Shown piece after piece: positions 13,826-27,731 of a DNA stretch of 64,000 bases. The position numbers were made by a program, and so were the translations under genes. The notes under the pieces are model-generated. The model did no database searches and was not told where the DNA came from. It saw nothing but the letters and a program-made list of their open reading frames with translations. The DNA comes from Marsupella aquatica (Eukaryota; Plantae; Marchantiophyta): the NCBI GenBank assembly GCA_973895155.1, contig OZ316897.1:20587224-20651223 (forward strand), written 5' to 3'. Every line of letters begins with the position of its first letter. Position 1 is the stretch's first letter.

Positions 13826-16800
13826 TTGGAAGGTGACACCGACTTTTTCTCAGCACCCCGGATGTTTTTCTCTTGACCTGCTTCACTGTTGACCGACGAT
13901 GTTGCTGGCATCCCACACACACTCCGAAAGGACACCACAACCTCTCTTTGCAAACGGTGAACAGGACCCTGTAACTGATTGGACTTTCGTATCCCGACTG
14001 CGGGAGAGAGTGAGAAAGACCGAGAGTTCTCCGACTTCCAAGGGATAGAGAATTCACGCTCCTCCTACTGAACGAAAGAGCAGTCGATGGTGATCAGAGA
14101 GAAGCTGCGTCTCACCAAGCAGCGTGAGCTTCAAGCTTGGGACAGAAAATGCGAAGTCCCCAAATTGATTCTCAGAAATATGAGGAATAATTGTCCGGAG
14201 AAGTCCTTCAATCAATCTTCCAATCGAGAAAATGAAGGATTGGTACTGACAGGAAAGGGTGGTACCACGAGCTGAAGAAACCTGACCAATTTAGTTGCCG
14301 TTCCCTAAAATCCTTCGAGAGGAGAAATTTGAGCGTTATGTTAAACCCCAAACCCACCTTTGTGGGGTTTGGGAATCTGTCTGACCCTGGCGGGGTTGGT
14401 TCTGGCTGCTGCCCTCGACGATCTATGGTCGAAGAACTGCAAAATGGAATAATCACAGCAACAGTGTCAACACCCACTCCTACTCGTCCGACGCAAGGTG
14501 TTCCCTAGGACTTCGAAATGGAAATTCTTCAATTTTGCCCTCACTTATTCATGACCCGTACGAATTGCATATGTCACACCTACTCAACAGCCTTCAAAAG
14601 CAAAAACCTACGCATTACTGCTAATTCACTGTAGCCCGTAGCAGTATGCACAGCACCAGTACTCCTTGAACCAGCCCTCTTAAACATCCTCTGTTATGGC
14701 AAAGCAAGCACGACAAGTGACGTTTGAGCATAGCAAGCACAGGCAAGTGACGTTTAAGAGTGCCTTGGCGAACATGCTCCTGAATCTTTATTTGATTGAC
14801 AACCAAGTAACAAATTGAACTGCACTCAAATGTCACCCACCTCTGTGTTAGACTAGAAACTCCAATTCAAATCTTCGAATTCGTAATCTTCGGAAAAAGT
14901 CTCCACTTCAGAAAGCTTATCAAATCTGCTCATCCACAGAAAAAGGTTTGGAATTCCGTCTTCAACCTGAAAAGTTTCAAAAAATGTCTCCGACCAGATG
15001 TGGTGCTAAGATTTTATTCCTATCAGAAACTCATCGAAATCAATCTCCAACCAGAGAGAGCAAACTTCTCTCCAATCAGGAAAACACTACCGTCTTCTGT
15101 TCTTGAACCTAGAGGATACAGACTGTATGTCCCCACTGCCACTTAAGAGAGATTCGCGCGTGGGAAGAAAAGGCTAGCTCCTTGGGAGCACTCTAATGCT
15201 AAGGAACAGAAATCAGACGAATCTCTTTCCAACATGAGAAACCCAGAAATGAATCCCTCGGCAATTGGAATCCAAACCTGGGCAAGTCTTCTCCTCAATT
15301 GTCTACAAATTTTTACAAACAGGAAAGAGGTGAACCTTCAGGAGAAAATCCCATGGACAGAAATCAACGCTGACATTGCGGCATGCAGGCGTGTCCGAGA
15401 GAGCAGCAAAGGCGCTGCGAAGCCCAAGGTCTAGGTTGGCGATGAGAGCGTAGCCTCTCCTAGACTAGACGAGACTATACTAGACTAGCACGTCGTCATC
15501 CCCTTCGTCATGGGATGAGGCCATGTTTCTCGGTCTCCCACGTTTCTCAATCCGCTCTCGATTGCTACAGTAAAACGCTACGCTACATTGCTGCGCAACA
15601 CGCGATTTGAGGGCAGGGAGTTGTCTTGCCCGTCCTCGTCCATACCGCATCACGATTTGCAGCTGCTGCTTCTGTCGATTGGTGGCGATAGTTTTGCGGC
15701 CTGAGTGGCCGCAATATCATCTACGCTACTACAGTCGTAGGGTGGGCTCATCAGTCTCGTCAGTCTCATGCCCACAAACTTTTTTGAAGGGAATGCTCGG
15801 GAAAAGAGAGACGATACCACTGAGCAAAGTCGTCCGTGAGGAACTTGTTGAGAGCTGTGTGGTACGAGAACCGTGTCCCATCGAGACAGGTCTGTCTTCG
15901 CTTCGACGTTCACAGCTCTTTCATTCCTTGGCGCAAAGATTGCGAGTCCGGCTCATTGGAAAGCTGATCCAATTCCGACTCGATCAAGCCGGTGCACGAG
16001 GGAAAATGAGCAAGAAATGAAAGAGAAATCGGGATCCAAAGAGGAGCTGTGAAAGAACACGGTCCAGAGGGCATGCGTTCGTTTCAACGTTCATAGCTCT
16101 TTCATCTCTTCCCGAGGGGGTGCGCGGTCGGGCTCATTGGAAAGCTCGTTCGATTGCGCATCTCAAGAGCCGGTGCACGAGGAAAGTGGTAGAGGAGTGA
16201 CAGAGAAATCGAAGCGAAAGAGTCGTTCCAGTCGTCGGCGCAACGCAAATAATCGTACTGAGTTTTTTGAACCTACACGAGATGCGAATCAGTGGGGCCC
16301 GCGACTTGACGGCGGGGCACCGACGGAAGACCCCGAACCAAATACCAGGGCAGAATGGATGAACGCCAGGCCTCCCGTATTCTGGGGTGGGGGTGCGGCT
16401 GGCACTGCCGCTTTCGCATGGAACCCGATAGATCCTGGTTGGGACTTTTCCTCCCTTTGGTGGACTGGCGAACCTCATTCCACTAGGGGCTGTGAAAGGC
16501 CATCCTCACAACAAGTATAGGATCGAGTGACTAGCTTATAGCCCTGGGTTTCTAGCCTTTAACCCGGGTAACTCTAACATGCACGCAAACATTAAAAATT
16601 TTCCTAGCATGAGCAAAAAACATTCCTGCCTGACCCCTATTTTTCTACATGCAATTGTCTGGCTATCAATACCTGGTTGGTAACATCCTTTTTGGGGACT
16701 CCCTTTTTGCTAGCGAGCTGGCTAGCCATGTGGAGTCTTTAAAAAAACACAAAAAAATGTAAAAGGCACCAAAAAACAACTGAAATTTGGAACCATTATT

Positions 16801-18156
16801 GTCTCGCTATCAAAATCTCCTCACTATCAAAATCTCCTGTTTGCTCTCAACATAGAATACCTAGCCTCCTCTAACCGTGAGACCAGAAGCGAAGAAAATC
16901 TGATGATGAGGAAGGTTCTCCTAGCTTTATTGGAGCAGGGTTCAGGTTAGAACCCCTGCCCAGACATGTATTCTAGCACTTAATTTCTGTTTGAAAATGG
17001 TTATTTCTTGGCAACAAATTATGGGAATAGCAAGGGCCAAAAAAATTCATATGCCAGTAACCTATCTTCCTAATAGAATTAATTTACGTTTGGCATTGTT
17101 GCCATCTCATAAATGGTGGGACACCGGTAGTCACTCCTTTAGCTGCCTGCCATGATTGCCTGAGTTTTAATTTCTCACTTTCCTTGTGGAGTAATAGGGC
17201 ATGTCAAAGCAAGACCAGAACTCAGTTATGTATGGTCAAGGGCATAAAGTATTTTTATGGCCCATGCTACAACCAACCTAAATACATGTCCCATGAGAAT
17301 GGACGTCCAAAAGCCACCGCCGGAAGACCTTGCTTGCAGCAATGCTCTAACACGCCCTAATGGTATTTCAATTGGTTGTGCCTCTCCCCATCCCTCCACC
17401 ATGAGCGTTGTCTATGAGGTCAAACACATGTGAACATTGTACCTAATTTAAAGATGTTTACTAAGAAGTATTTTATAATTATCCTATTATTAATCCTAAA
17501 TAAAGTATTTAGATTAAAAAAATGTATATAATATTAGATAGTCTTCTGTAAAAATGTATATATATTAGATACTATAGGGTTTGCATTACCTCATTCTAGT
17601 TCTTTAAGTGATGCTCCTATGAACCCAGCCCATGAACCAAGCAATCCCAATGGACACCTTTTGTACCTTCACTCATTGACACCCTTAACAGTAAGTATGT
17701 GACCTCCAATATGTCCCTCTCTGTCCAACTAGAATTGGCAGCTTGTAAGAAGGGCTTGAAAAGATCTTTCCAACAAGTGTAATAGCTACAGTTTTCATAA
17801 AACAAATGAGATAGTTATGAATTTATAAAGACCACTCAAGCACTCACTGTCCACACTTACATTTCCAATCTTATTGTCCTCTCTCCTTTTCCTAAATCTG
17901 TCTGTGTGAGCATAAATCTACTCTAGCCCATCTAGGGTTGCAAAACTATCAAGAGTCTTTTAGCAAACATGAAGGTCCATCTGGGCTTCACTTTCTGTTA
18001 GTACACAAAAGGTCAGTGGTGCTCAGGAAGACACTAGCCCAAGAGGCTTTTTTACTATTTTGAGGAATTTCCAGGAAAGACAGGTGTCCCAATTTAGTTG
18101 TGTGCAAGCTCCACATGAGCATGGATCAAATCAAATGAATTTAGAGGCTGACCAGC

Positions 18157-18161
<5 letters not shown>

Positions 18162-18200
<39 letters not shown>
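18162..18200. repeat. (GA)n microsatellite
   Basis: About 19-20 uninterrupted GA/AG units. Confidence 0.95.
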
Positions 18201-18203
<3 letters not shown>

Positions 18204-19296
18204 ACAGGTGGACCTGGTTGTTGGTGAGATTAATCGACTGTGCATTCTCCAGCCTGCCCAGGTTAACCGTCTAAACCATAAAGTTCCTTACAAAACAGAC
18301 ATGAATACCACAGAGCTCAAGCGATAGACTAACACATACCGGTGGTGAGAGATGATAAAGGAATGGACAGAGATGCATAGCTGAGAGCGTGCTGAGACCC
18401 CTAAGTATAAACCCAAAGACAAAGGAAGGGAATAAAAATATAACAAAGGCTTCCTCTTGGGTGATGATGGTATATATCATCCTTCTTTGCTAGAGTGATG
18501 CATCAATTAGCATACATCGGGCCAAAAGCACAAGGCCTGTCAGCCAAAGGGTCGGTGAGCAGAAGGCCTTCACTTCCTTGGCTGCTGCTGCATGTCATGC
18601 CCCACGGGTTTCAGATAGGGACGAATGGAGCTAATATGCACAATGAGAAAATAAGTTGAAAGTTGTTGACGCACAGAGGAAGTGGGCTTCAACGCATACT
18701 CAAAACAGAGGTATGTTGTTGGCACTACCCGTCATGTTGAGATGAGAGACCACTCTCTGCAGTCAATGAGTCTTATCTAGGCAACGAGTTGGTAGTCCGT
18801 GGTGCTAGGTTCCAACCTGTGCACATTCCAACTTTTACATGGTTCCACTGGCCCGTCCACTGGCCATGAAGAAGCCCAAAACTTTTGCAGTCTTCTAAGT
18901 ATTTGGAGTGGAGCTCCCATTCCTAATCTTCCGGTGTCCATACGTAGGCAACTTGACACGTACTCGCTTGCATTGTCTTTCAACAATTGCATAAAGTTGG
19001 CACGAGGTCCAATCCCCTCTTTCCAAAGAGAGAATAAAGCCCTATCAGGGCTAGTAAGTAGACCCCACAGAGTGTTTGAATTAAAATGTGCTCTACTGTG
19101 ACGCATGTTGAAGCTATGTAGTTGACTTACACTGTTGTTTAATTGAAACTAGGTTCATTGTAATCCTATGTATGAGAGTGGCTTAGAAAGGATTTGTTAT
19201 AGGTACCAGGTCCAGTGGTCAAACAACAAAACACACATAGGCCAGATCAGCCTATTCATTAAAAGTGTATTTTCTTTTGTTCACAAATCAGTCCTG

Positions 19297-19376
19297 AAAT
19301 GTACACTTTTATGTCCCCAAATGTACACTTTATGAAGCCCAAATGTACACTTTTGATACCTAAATGTACACTTTAT
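19297..19376 (+). repeat. Left subterminal repeat array (aaatgtacacttt x4, ~21-22-bp period)
   Basis: Four copies directly inside the left TIR. Confidence 0.9.
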
Positions 19377-19616
19377 AGGCCAAATCTTATTAGTATTATA
19401 TTAATTATAATAGTATTATATTACTTATTAGTTCACAAAGAACCATGGGATAGAGATCATACTTGTAAAAACATTTCCGCACAAAGAAGCCCAGGCAAGG
19501 ACCATTGATTGATAATGTGTGAAAATAATTATATACAATTGTGTCCAAACTTACAATGAATATCTAGGGCTGGCACCCATTTTTACTATCTAATGGGCTT
19601 AACATGAGTCAGATCT

Positions 19617-20750
19617 CTAAACAAAGTGTTCCTTACAATATTTATTTGAGCACGTGCCTTTGTCTCCTTTACTATCTACCCTAATGTCACGGTTGCAACT
19701 CCCTTTATCTTCAGGGAGATGAAATTTGGTGGTGTTGTTCCTAACTGCTATAATCTCCCGCAAAAAGTGTCTAGGATTTTCTCTATACAGACCTGAATAT
19801 TCCCGTCCTACAAATGATCTAGCAAGTGAGGTGACAAGTGCATCGTCAAGTTCCACCTCAGGACGTAAGCTACATATACGGTGCTTCACAGCCCAAGGAA
19901 TCTCATTGCTATTGAGGTCCAGCACACTATGCCTATACTATGAGTTCCAAATTTTTGCTGCACATCTCTTACTAAGTTGATCATAAGTAATCTCATTTTT
20001 TGCCTTGTCTCTCTTAATGTGCAATAGAGACCACTTTGGAGAGTTTAGGAGAAGATAACAACGAATGTCACTTGCATGTGACAGTTTCTCAAGACATGGC
20101 CAAAGAATTGTTAGAAGAAAATTGTCTCCACAATTGGCATGCATGTAGGGCACTGGAAATAGTCCGGTCATGTCTGGGTTGGCAAATGCCTTCAAGGGGG
20201 AGTCATCCACAAGGAGTGTGTTGGTTTCATCATATAGATTTCCAAATGCACTCCATACCACCCGAAAATCTTTCAATAGCACATTTGCCTTTCCATTTGT
20301 AATGTCACGCCTTTGAATGCCTGTGTCAAAGGTTTCCACCTATGTGAATACAAACTTCAGTTTCAACCGCTCCTCAATTGTGAACATCATGTTCAACATT
20401 TTCACTGTTCGCGGCATCCCAGCACATGTCCAAATTGCAACGTCAAATCGGTCAAAAACCAACTTTAGAAACTCATGGAGCCCTAGCCTCTCTATATACA
20501 TGCGACTAGTTCCATTTGATCTATCCCAATGCACTCCACTTGAGGTGACAATATTCCTGGATGTGCCCTTGCTTTGGAATTCAATAGAATCCCAAAGTAT
20601 GTTATTAAGGTCCAAAATCAGCAACTTCCGCTTAAGGGGACCAGGTCTCGATTCTGCAAGTGCACCAAACACCATTCTCAGAGAAAAGACCAAAAGTGAA
20701 CTTTGGATTAGGATTGTCTTAGTCCAAAAATACAAGACAATGGCTGACAA
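19617..20750 (-). pseudogene. FCP1/NIF-type HAD phosphatase domain (transposon cargo), interrupted by in-frame stops
   Basis: RKLLILDLNNILWD...RLGLHEFLKLVFDRFDVAIWT...LKFVFT*...LLKDFRVVW...YDETNTLLVDDSPLKAFANP. ORFs 20340-20750, 19938-20339 and 19617-19925 are all in one frame. Confidence 0.8.
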
Positions 20751-20976
20751 AAAAGAAAATTAACCTACATACCGTTTTTAGAAGCCTCACAATGTGTAGA
20801 CGGATATGGAGACTTTAATTGGTGAGCGCATTCTGTGAGACCGAGAAGTATTTTAGATTGATATGAATAAATACAAAGTCAAAGGCTGAATTTCATTCCG
20901 AAATAAGAGATCCGTATTCATCAATAATCATGTCAGCACCAAGCTCCTGTTGGATTTCAAAATTGACATTTGAAGT

Positions 20977-22988
20977 TGTAATGCTGTACATTAGTTAGAA
21001 ATGATGGAAATTTTATAAATTTTAAACTTTTTCTAACTCAAGGTACAATCTAGTTACCTTTTGTAGCAATTTAGATCAACCGAACACTTTACCTAATGTT
21101 ATGCTTCATCGGAGGCTATTGCCTATATTGGACAAGGATCGCCAATATAAATCCTTGCTCTTTACATGCTACCAAGAAAGAAGACTGGACATCATTGGAG
21201 AAGCAATGCAGACTAGAAGATTCAACAACCGGACTCCAAAACATTTTTTCAACAAGAATGAGCTCTGTATACAATTATCACAATCAGCCGATCTCTGCTA
21301 TTTTAGTTAAATAGCTATCATGGTCAGAAAAGTCTCATACTTTTTCAGGAGGTAGTAGTTGCGTAGTAGAATCATCCCTGCAAGTTTCATCTCAAACCGA
21401 CATGTGGTTTGAAAGTTAGAATTAATTTAGTTTTGCTGTTTTTCGCATAGCCGCGACTTCGCCGACGCTTTGTGAAGCGTCCCTTGTACTTTTGGACGCT
21501 TTGAAAAGCGTCCACCCAAGACCACGACACTTTTTGAAGCGTCCACCACCCAACCAGTTGTACTCCGACGCTTTGCAATCCACATGAGGAGCGACGCTCA
21601 CAGAAGCATCTGCTACCCCGAATGCGACATCGACACTGCGACGCCCACTGAAGCGTCGCACCCGAAGACCAGAAGACGGACGCTGTGACCAAAACCTCAA
21701 AATTCAGCCGACGCTTTCTGAAGCGTCCACAAAAGTCCTTTGTAGTTTTGGACGCTTTCTGAAGCGTCCACTATGTTCCCGATACTTAGAAAAATTTTCA
21801 GTTTTCGCACTTTTATAACACCGCGCCACTTTTACCGATTTATTTGAGACACTTAGAGATATCAGAAAAGTCTGAAACTTTGTCAGCATAGAGATTATAT
21901 GTAGTAGAGTACCCTAGAAAAGTTTCAATTCATTCCGACTTTTAGTTTAGAAGTTAAAATTAGATTAAAATCACTGTTTATTAGTTTTACCGCAAACACC
22001 GACGCTTTGCAAAGCATCCGCTCAAACCTCGACGCTTTGAGAAGCGTCCCCTGCATTTTTGACACTTTCAGCAGTGTCCATTCACTTTTCAAGGATGACC
22101 GTCATTAAGTTTATTCAAGACCCTTTAGATATGAAAGGGCATATCCTTTCAGTATCTCAGTCTCCTTGGGTTCCTGCTAGCCTATATGAAGTAGAATTTG
22201 TGTCATTTTCAAGTGTGAAGAAATAAAGTAGTGCCTGTGGCATGTGCTGCAGTACTGGAATCACCTTTGCTTGCAAATGCAAAAGGAATTCTTCTCCCTT
22301 CCTTGGTCTGAATGATTGAGAGTTTAGATCATTGAAGTAAAATTACTTGTATGAAGTTGAATCTCAGAAGTATGAGGGAATAGATTCCTTAAGTGGTGAC
22401 AACCCATCTTCTTGAGTTCTTGATGCATAGTTTTTGGCGTGACATTGCTTGTGCATGGGATGCAAAGATTGTTACTCACCAATTACCTGTGACTTCAATT
22501 TGATCATGATGATGTTTATTATTCGTGACTCAGAGTATCGACTGGATATCGAAGTGATTGATTACTAGTTTCTTCTGAGTACCTTTGGAAGGAAAAGTTG
22601 AGACGTGTTGACGGCATTTTAGTAATCATCCTAGTACAGTAAACCATTCCAGAAATGTTCTTACGGATATACCACCAAAATCACATCAAATGAAGTATTG
22701 ATGAGAAGTTACCTTGGTGTTTTCCAGACTCCCTCATCATACCTCAAGATTTCATTGTGTTTTGTTATTTATTTCCATTTTATTAATTGCATTTACAATG
22801 TTAAGCAAACATTCAAATCTATGCCTTGCTGAGCAACCATAGTAAAAGGCTCAAACCTGTGTTTTTGTTACCTTAGTCATTCATAAGTGTTAAACGATAG
22901 AAAATCATTCCTTTCTTGTTCTTCCATGGGATCGAATACCGAGTTTTGGATATTAAATGTTGATTTATGTCCTTAGTGCAATACTACA
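20977..22988 (+). mobile_element. Solo LTR (~2.0 kb, probably Gypsy-type) nested inside the DNA transposon
   Basis: TG...CA termini (tgtaatg...tactaca), 5-bp TSD GAAGT at 20972-20976 and 22989-22993, no coding capacity, homologous to 34563-36320 in inverted orientation. Confidence 0.82.
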
Positions 22989-25356
22989 GAAGTACTTTGT
23001 TCTACCCAATAAGGTGAAGTCCAAACAGGAGTTATCAACCCCAATTCTCCACTCTAATACTCCTCCTTATTGAGAATTGAAGGAGCAGCATCCAATGATA
23101 TTTCTTGGCCTCGATTTGGCCCACTTTTCCAGATGTAACATCGTGCGTTGCATTCCAATGACCTCCATCCAGTTGATCCAACTCTATTTCCTTTCTTTTT
23201 TGAGAGCAAAAGGACAATAGGACTCCTCGAGTGTGAACGAACGAACACCAATTTGTCATCAGAAGCTGAAAAGAGTGTGTCAGGACAAGTTGAAGCACCT
23301 GCCTGGTTGTCAGCAGCCGTTGATGCATTTCCTCCTAGATTGATTGGAATGTCAGGCAATCCGCCAGTCTCCCCCTCGGTCTCCCCCCAAGTCAATTCTT
23401 TAGTTTCAGCTTCATTTGAATCTCCAAGCCTCGTTGCGCCTTCATTGATCAGATTGGTTGAAGAAAGATGATCAAATGTATCAACCCTTGCTCCTTCCAG
23501 TTGCTCCATCTGTCCTCCCGACGTTGATGGATTGGGATCATCCTTGTCCAAGTTATCATCAACTTGAACTTCATTGGGCCCCGGAGGGATGTCATCTAAA
23601 CCAGATGAACGGTTTGGTGCAAGTCCAATATCATCATCTACATCGTAAGGCTCACCTTGACCAACATGATCATCCAAATTCTTGACATATGCCTCCTCTG
23701 ATGCCTCTACGCCTTCAGCCACTTTGTCAGCAACATCTTCAGACTCAGAACCATCGGATTCAACAGCGACAGCTACAGCCACAATAGTGGTAGCCCATTG
23801 TCGAGAATTTTCAGCAAGTGATTCACAATGAGCTTTAAGTGAGGGAACTCTCTCGCAAAGGTAGGAAGCAAAAGCTTCCACAAAATGCCTCTCGGAGTGA
23901 GAGTCACAATAAACAAAGCATTCCCTATCGCAAAAAAATGATGTCTTCATGGCTTGGCCACTGGAGAAAAAATCTAGAACCAAATCTCCCGGTTCTGACA
24001 AGGATTCAATAATCCTTCGGATCATCCGCGTGGGTTTGGCATGAGGATTAACCCACCCTTCGCGACTGCCAACTGTCTCAAATCGAGGGGCCATATTCAT
24101 AATCTTGACGGCCTCTTCCGGGTCCAAAACCACTTTTAGGTCATCGTTTTGTGTCCCCTCATCTGATTCCTTCGCCTTCCCCTTTCCCTTGTCGATCTTG
24201 CATACTTCGTAATCAACATCCTTTGCAGTATACATGAATTTTGGCTTTGGATAGTTGGGCTTGAAAACTTCATTCCAATTGATGTCTTCATCTCGAGAAA
24301 TCCCCGCAAAGATAACTTCTTCAATCCCCCCACCCCAACATGAGTCATGAGGGTGCGGTTGATCATCTCGAGAATAACTCCCATACTCAATGTGAATGGT
24401 CAAAGCTTTCTCTTGTCCCAGTTTACGAAGGGCACCATGGACATTCAATGCAAGTTGTCCAGGATGAACTGTTATCGTCACAACAATTGTGGGATTTTGT
24501 GGAAGCTCCACAATGTATTCAAAGAGAACAAGAATCTCTGCTTTAGTCCATTGTTTTTGCGGAAGCCGGCTAAAATCAACAATGGCAAGAGGGCAGGTCG
24601 GAGGAGCTTCTTGCAATGACTCTGGATCAATGGTCTTCATGAGATTGTCGCTAAAAAATGTAGCCCATGGTAGGGTCCGAGAACATGATCCTCCGCCAAA
24701 TTTCTGGCAGTATATATCATCTAGGCGGAATACCAATGCCGTCGGCAAGATTTCGCTCTCCCGCGTATGATTTGGTTTTAAAAGGTTAGAAAGATAGACC
24801 TCGCCAGTGGCTCTTCGACACCTGCTGAACTCTGAATCAATTGCTAGTGTAGGAAGAACCTCCACTACTTTCCCCCAATTAGTATTTGCCGGGAAATTCA
24901 CCGCATCCTTGGTGCAATAGTAGTCTTCAATAAGGGACTTCAGTTTCCACACGATCTTCACATCTTTGGCCAACTCCTCTATAGATGGCATGTCTGATTT
25001 ATTAGAGGCATCTTTCTTTAGCAATACCTTTCCTGACTTCACCCGCGTCAGTATTCTTGTGATGTCTCGTTGTGAGATCAACTCACCATCAAAACAATGA
25101 AACATGGCAACAGTAATTGCTTTTTCAGACTTCTCATTTCCTTCTACCCCAGCTCCATCGGGAAGTTTCCCATCCAACCACAACTGGCATACCAAACTCC
25201 ATAACTCAAAAAGAGCATCGTCCGCAAACAGTAACCAGTAAACATTTCGACAATCTTTCCTTCCCATGGTCATTCTTGCAAGAGCCAACCAATCCTACAA
25301 TTGAAAAGGAAAGTCTGTTAGTTCTCCATAACTCAATTGTTTGATAGCACTCAGGT

Positions 25357-25670
25357 GCGGACTGAGACCATCCCAGTCCAACACAGAACTAGACAGTATC
25401 AGTGGAAATAGTCTATTGAATGTGCATGATTTAGTTTGGACTGGGACCATCCCAGTCCAGAACAAAACTAGACAGTATCAGTGGAAAAATAATCTATTGA
25501 ATGTGTATGAATCCATTTGGACTAGGACCATCCCAGTCCAACACCAAACTAGACGATATCAGTGGACAAAGATTCTACTGAATGTGCATGAATCCATTTG
25601 GACTGGGACCATCCCAGTCCAACGCAAAACTAGGCAATATCAGTGGAAATATTCTACTGAATGTGCATGA
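25357..25670. repeat. ~81-bp tandem repeat x4, each containing the palindrome ggactggga-cca-tcccagtcc; intronic
   Basis: Palindrome copies start at ~25358, 25438, 25519 and 25600, inside the predicted intron 25710-25295. Confidence 0.9.
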
Positions 25671-27492
25671 ATCTACGGTATTGTACCCATCAAGCAGTAA
25701 CACTTCGTACCTGAAATTTTTGATTGTCTTGAGCATTTGTTTTGTTGTCCCCATGTTTTGGCCGGCTAGGTTTTCCACATTCCACAAATTGTGGCCTAGC
25801 ATGAACGATTGTATCTTTGAAGCATGACTGAAACACCATCGTGCTATTGATCACATTAGATCGCATTGAATGCTCAACTAATATTGACGATGGTGTTCGA
25901 TGAGATAATATTCTTGACTTTCAAAATTCTAGCTTTTTCGCCAATGCTGTCAGCTTGGCATCCTTGTTTGCCCATTCTCAAATCCATCTGGTTGCTCTAG
26001 CCGAATGTTGACCGCTAATGGCAAGGAATTGAACCTCGCCCTTTTTCACGGCTGCTACAAAGTCCCTCCTATCTGATTCTGTGTTGTCATACTGCATTAG
26101 GTTTCTATGTTTTGTAGTGTAAGGAATCAAGTCTGCTATGTGTGGTTCATGCCCCGGATTTCTTATCATGGAATTGGCCACCTCCTTTACATGTTCTGCA
26201 TTCAACATTCTGTAACAGAGTCTTGCCGACGCAGGGAAAATACTGTCTACAGGAATAGAAAATATCGAATTGATCCCAAACGTATAATATTGCTCCATTT
26301 GTTGCAATACCTCATTACCTTCTAAGACCTTCTTCTCCTTAGGAGCGTCCAATTGCTCGTCCACATCTTGTGAATGCACTGTCAGGTTTTCTGTAGTGTC
26401 ATCCATGATGGCACTGTCAATTTTCTGTTTCTTCTTCTGTCTTGGTCTCTTTTCACTTGCACTCGGCTTCTCAACTAGACGTTTCTTCTCAACTGGCTTC
26501 TCAACTCGGCTTCTCATACTCGGCTTCTCAACTGGCTTCTCAACTCGGCTTCTCAACCGGAGGTTTCCTTTGGCTTTGTTTTCGTTTTCCCATTGCTCTT
26601 TGAGAGGTTGCTGCTGTAGTTCCCGTGGTCTCTGTTGTAGGTTCTGGAGCTTTCTCTGGCGCTTTCTCAGGCACAGGGTTTGTATTCACCACTGGAAGCT
26701 TTCTCGTCTTGGAGAAAGATTCTATCCATTGCTTTGCTTTGACTAAATCAAACTTGGGAGCAAATGCAACATCCTTATCAATTAAAACACCAGGCTCCTC
26801 CGACTCCGACGATAATAATCCAGCTTTCTCAAGTAAATTGCTTAACGTCCAGGTCGTTGCAAAAGAAAAATTGCCTTGGTGCTTCATCATGTTGAGTTTC
26901 AAATATTGAAACCCATACATAATGTCGACTGGAAGCATACCAGTTACCCCGACGACCAACTTCTTTGTGTCATAGGTCTTTGGAAAAAATCCCATTGACA
27001 AAATGCTCAATTCCCCACTTGTGTGCCATTCGACATTGAATTAAGAGGAGTATGCCTTTGACAGAAGGTTAACTTTAACCCAACAGGACTTATCGTGCAT
27101 CTCGAGAATGACCGTATTCATCCCTCTCCCTCCAATGCCAACAGAGACCACAGGTCCGCAAACAAAAGTCAGGCTATCATTTCCTCTGCACTTTAAGGTC
27201 AAAACAGGTTCAATCGTGGTTGATGGCACTTCATTATTAAGCGGGGTTCTTGAGAACTCAAGCCCCCATCGAAAGCGTGGGGATCTCTCATCTAGTAAGA
27301 ATCCGTCCAGGTAGTGGGTCGGTGCAATCGCGGGTTTGAAAACAACAAGATCGCTCCCTGCATCATAAATGTCATCCATGTTAGACTTAAAACCTTTCAA
27401 ACATTCGCATAACTCTTGTTGGATTAGGATGGTCCTAGTCCAACTTGAGATGGTTTTAGACTTGCTCCTACAATCGGGATTCAATCTCCTAG

Positions 27493-27731
27493 ATGGATTT
27501 GGATCATCCGAGTCCAACTTTGGATTGGGATAGTCCGAGTCCAACTTTGGATTGGGATCATCCGAGTCCAACTTTGGATTTGGATGGTCCGAGTCCAAGT
27601 TTGGATTGGGATGGTCCGAGTCCAACTTTGGATTGGTATCATCCGAGTCCAACTTTGGATTTGGATGGTCCGAGTCCAAGTTTGGATTGGGATGGTCCGA
27701 GTCCAACTTTGGACTCGGATGGTCCCAGTCC
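27493..27731. repeat. 27-bp tandem palindromic repeat (ttggattggga-tgg-tccgagtccaa-ct) ~9 copies
   Basis: Direct inspection; lies just downstream of the gtaagt donor of exon 1 of the minus-strand cargo gene. Confidence 0.92.

Noticed and set aside
15607-16520. GC-rich ORFs (137 and 127 aa) with a weak direct repeat (15943-16008 vs 16122-16188)
   Set aside because: No recognisable domain, termini or TSD found.
18777-19106. 109-aa ORF adjacent to the left TIR
   Set aside because: Outside the TSD, with no recognisable motif; possibly older repeat debris.
25357-25670. CRISPR-like appearance (palindromic repeat with regular spacing)
   Set aside because: The intervening sequences are near-identical rather than unique spacers, there are no cas genes, and the context is a eukaryotic intron.
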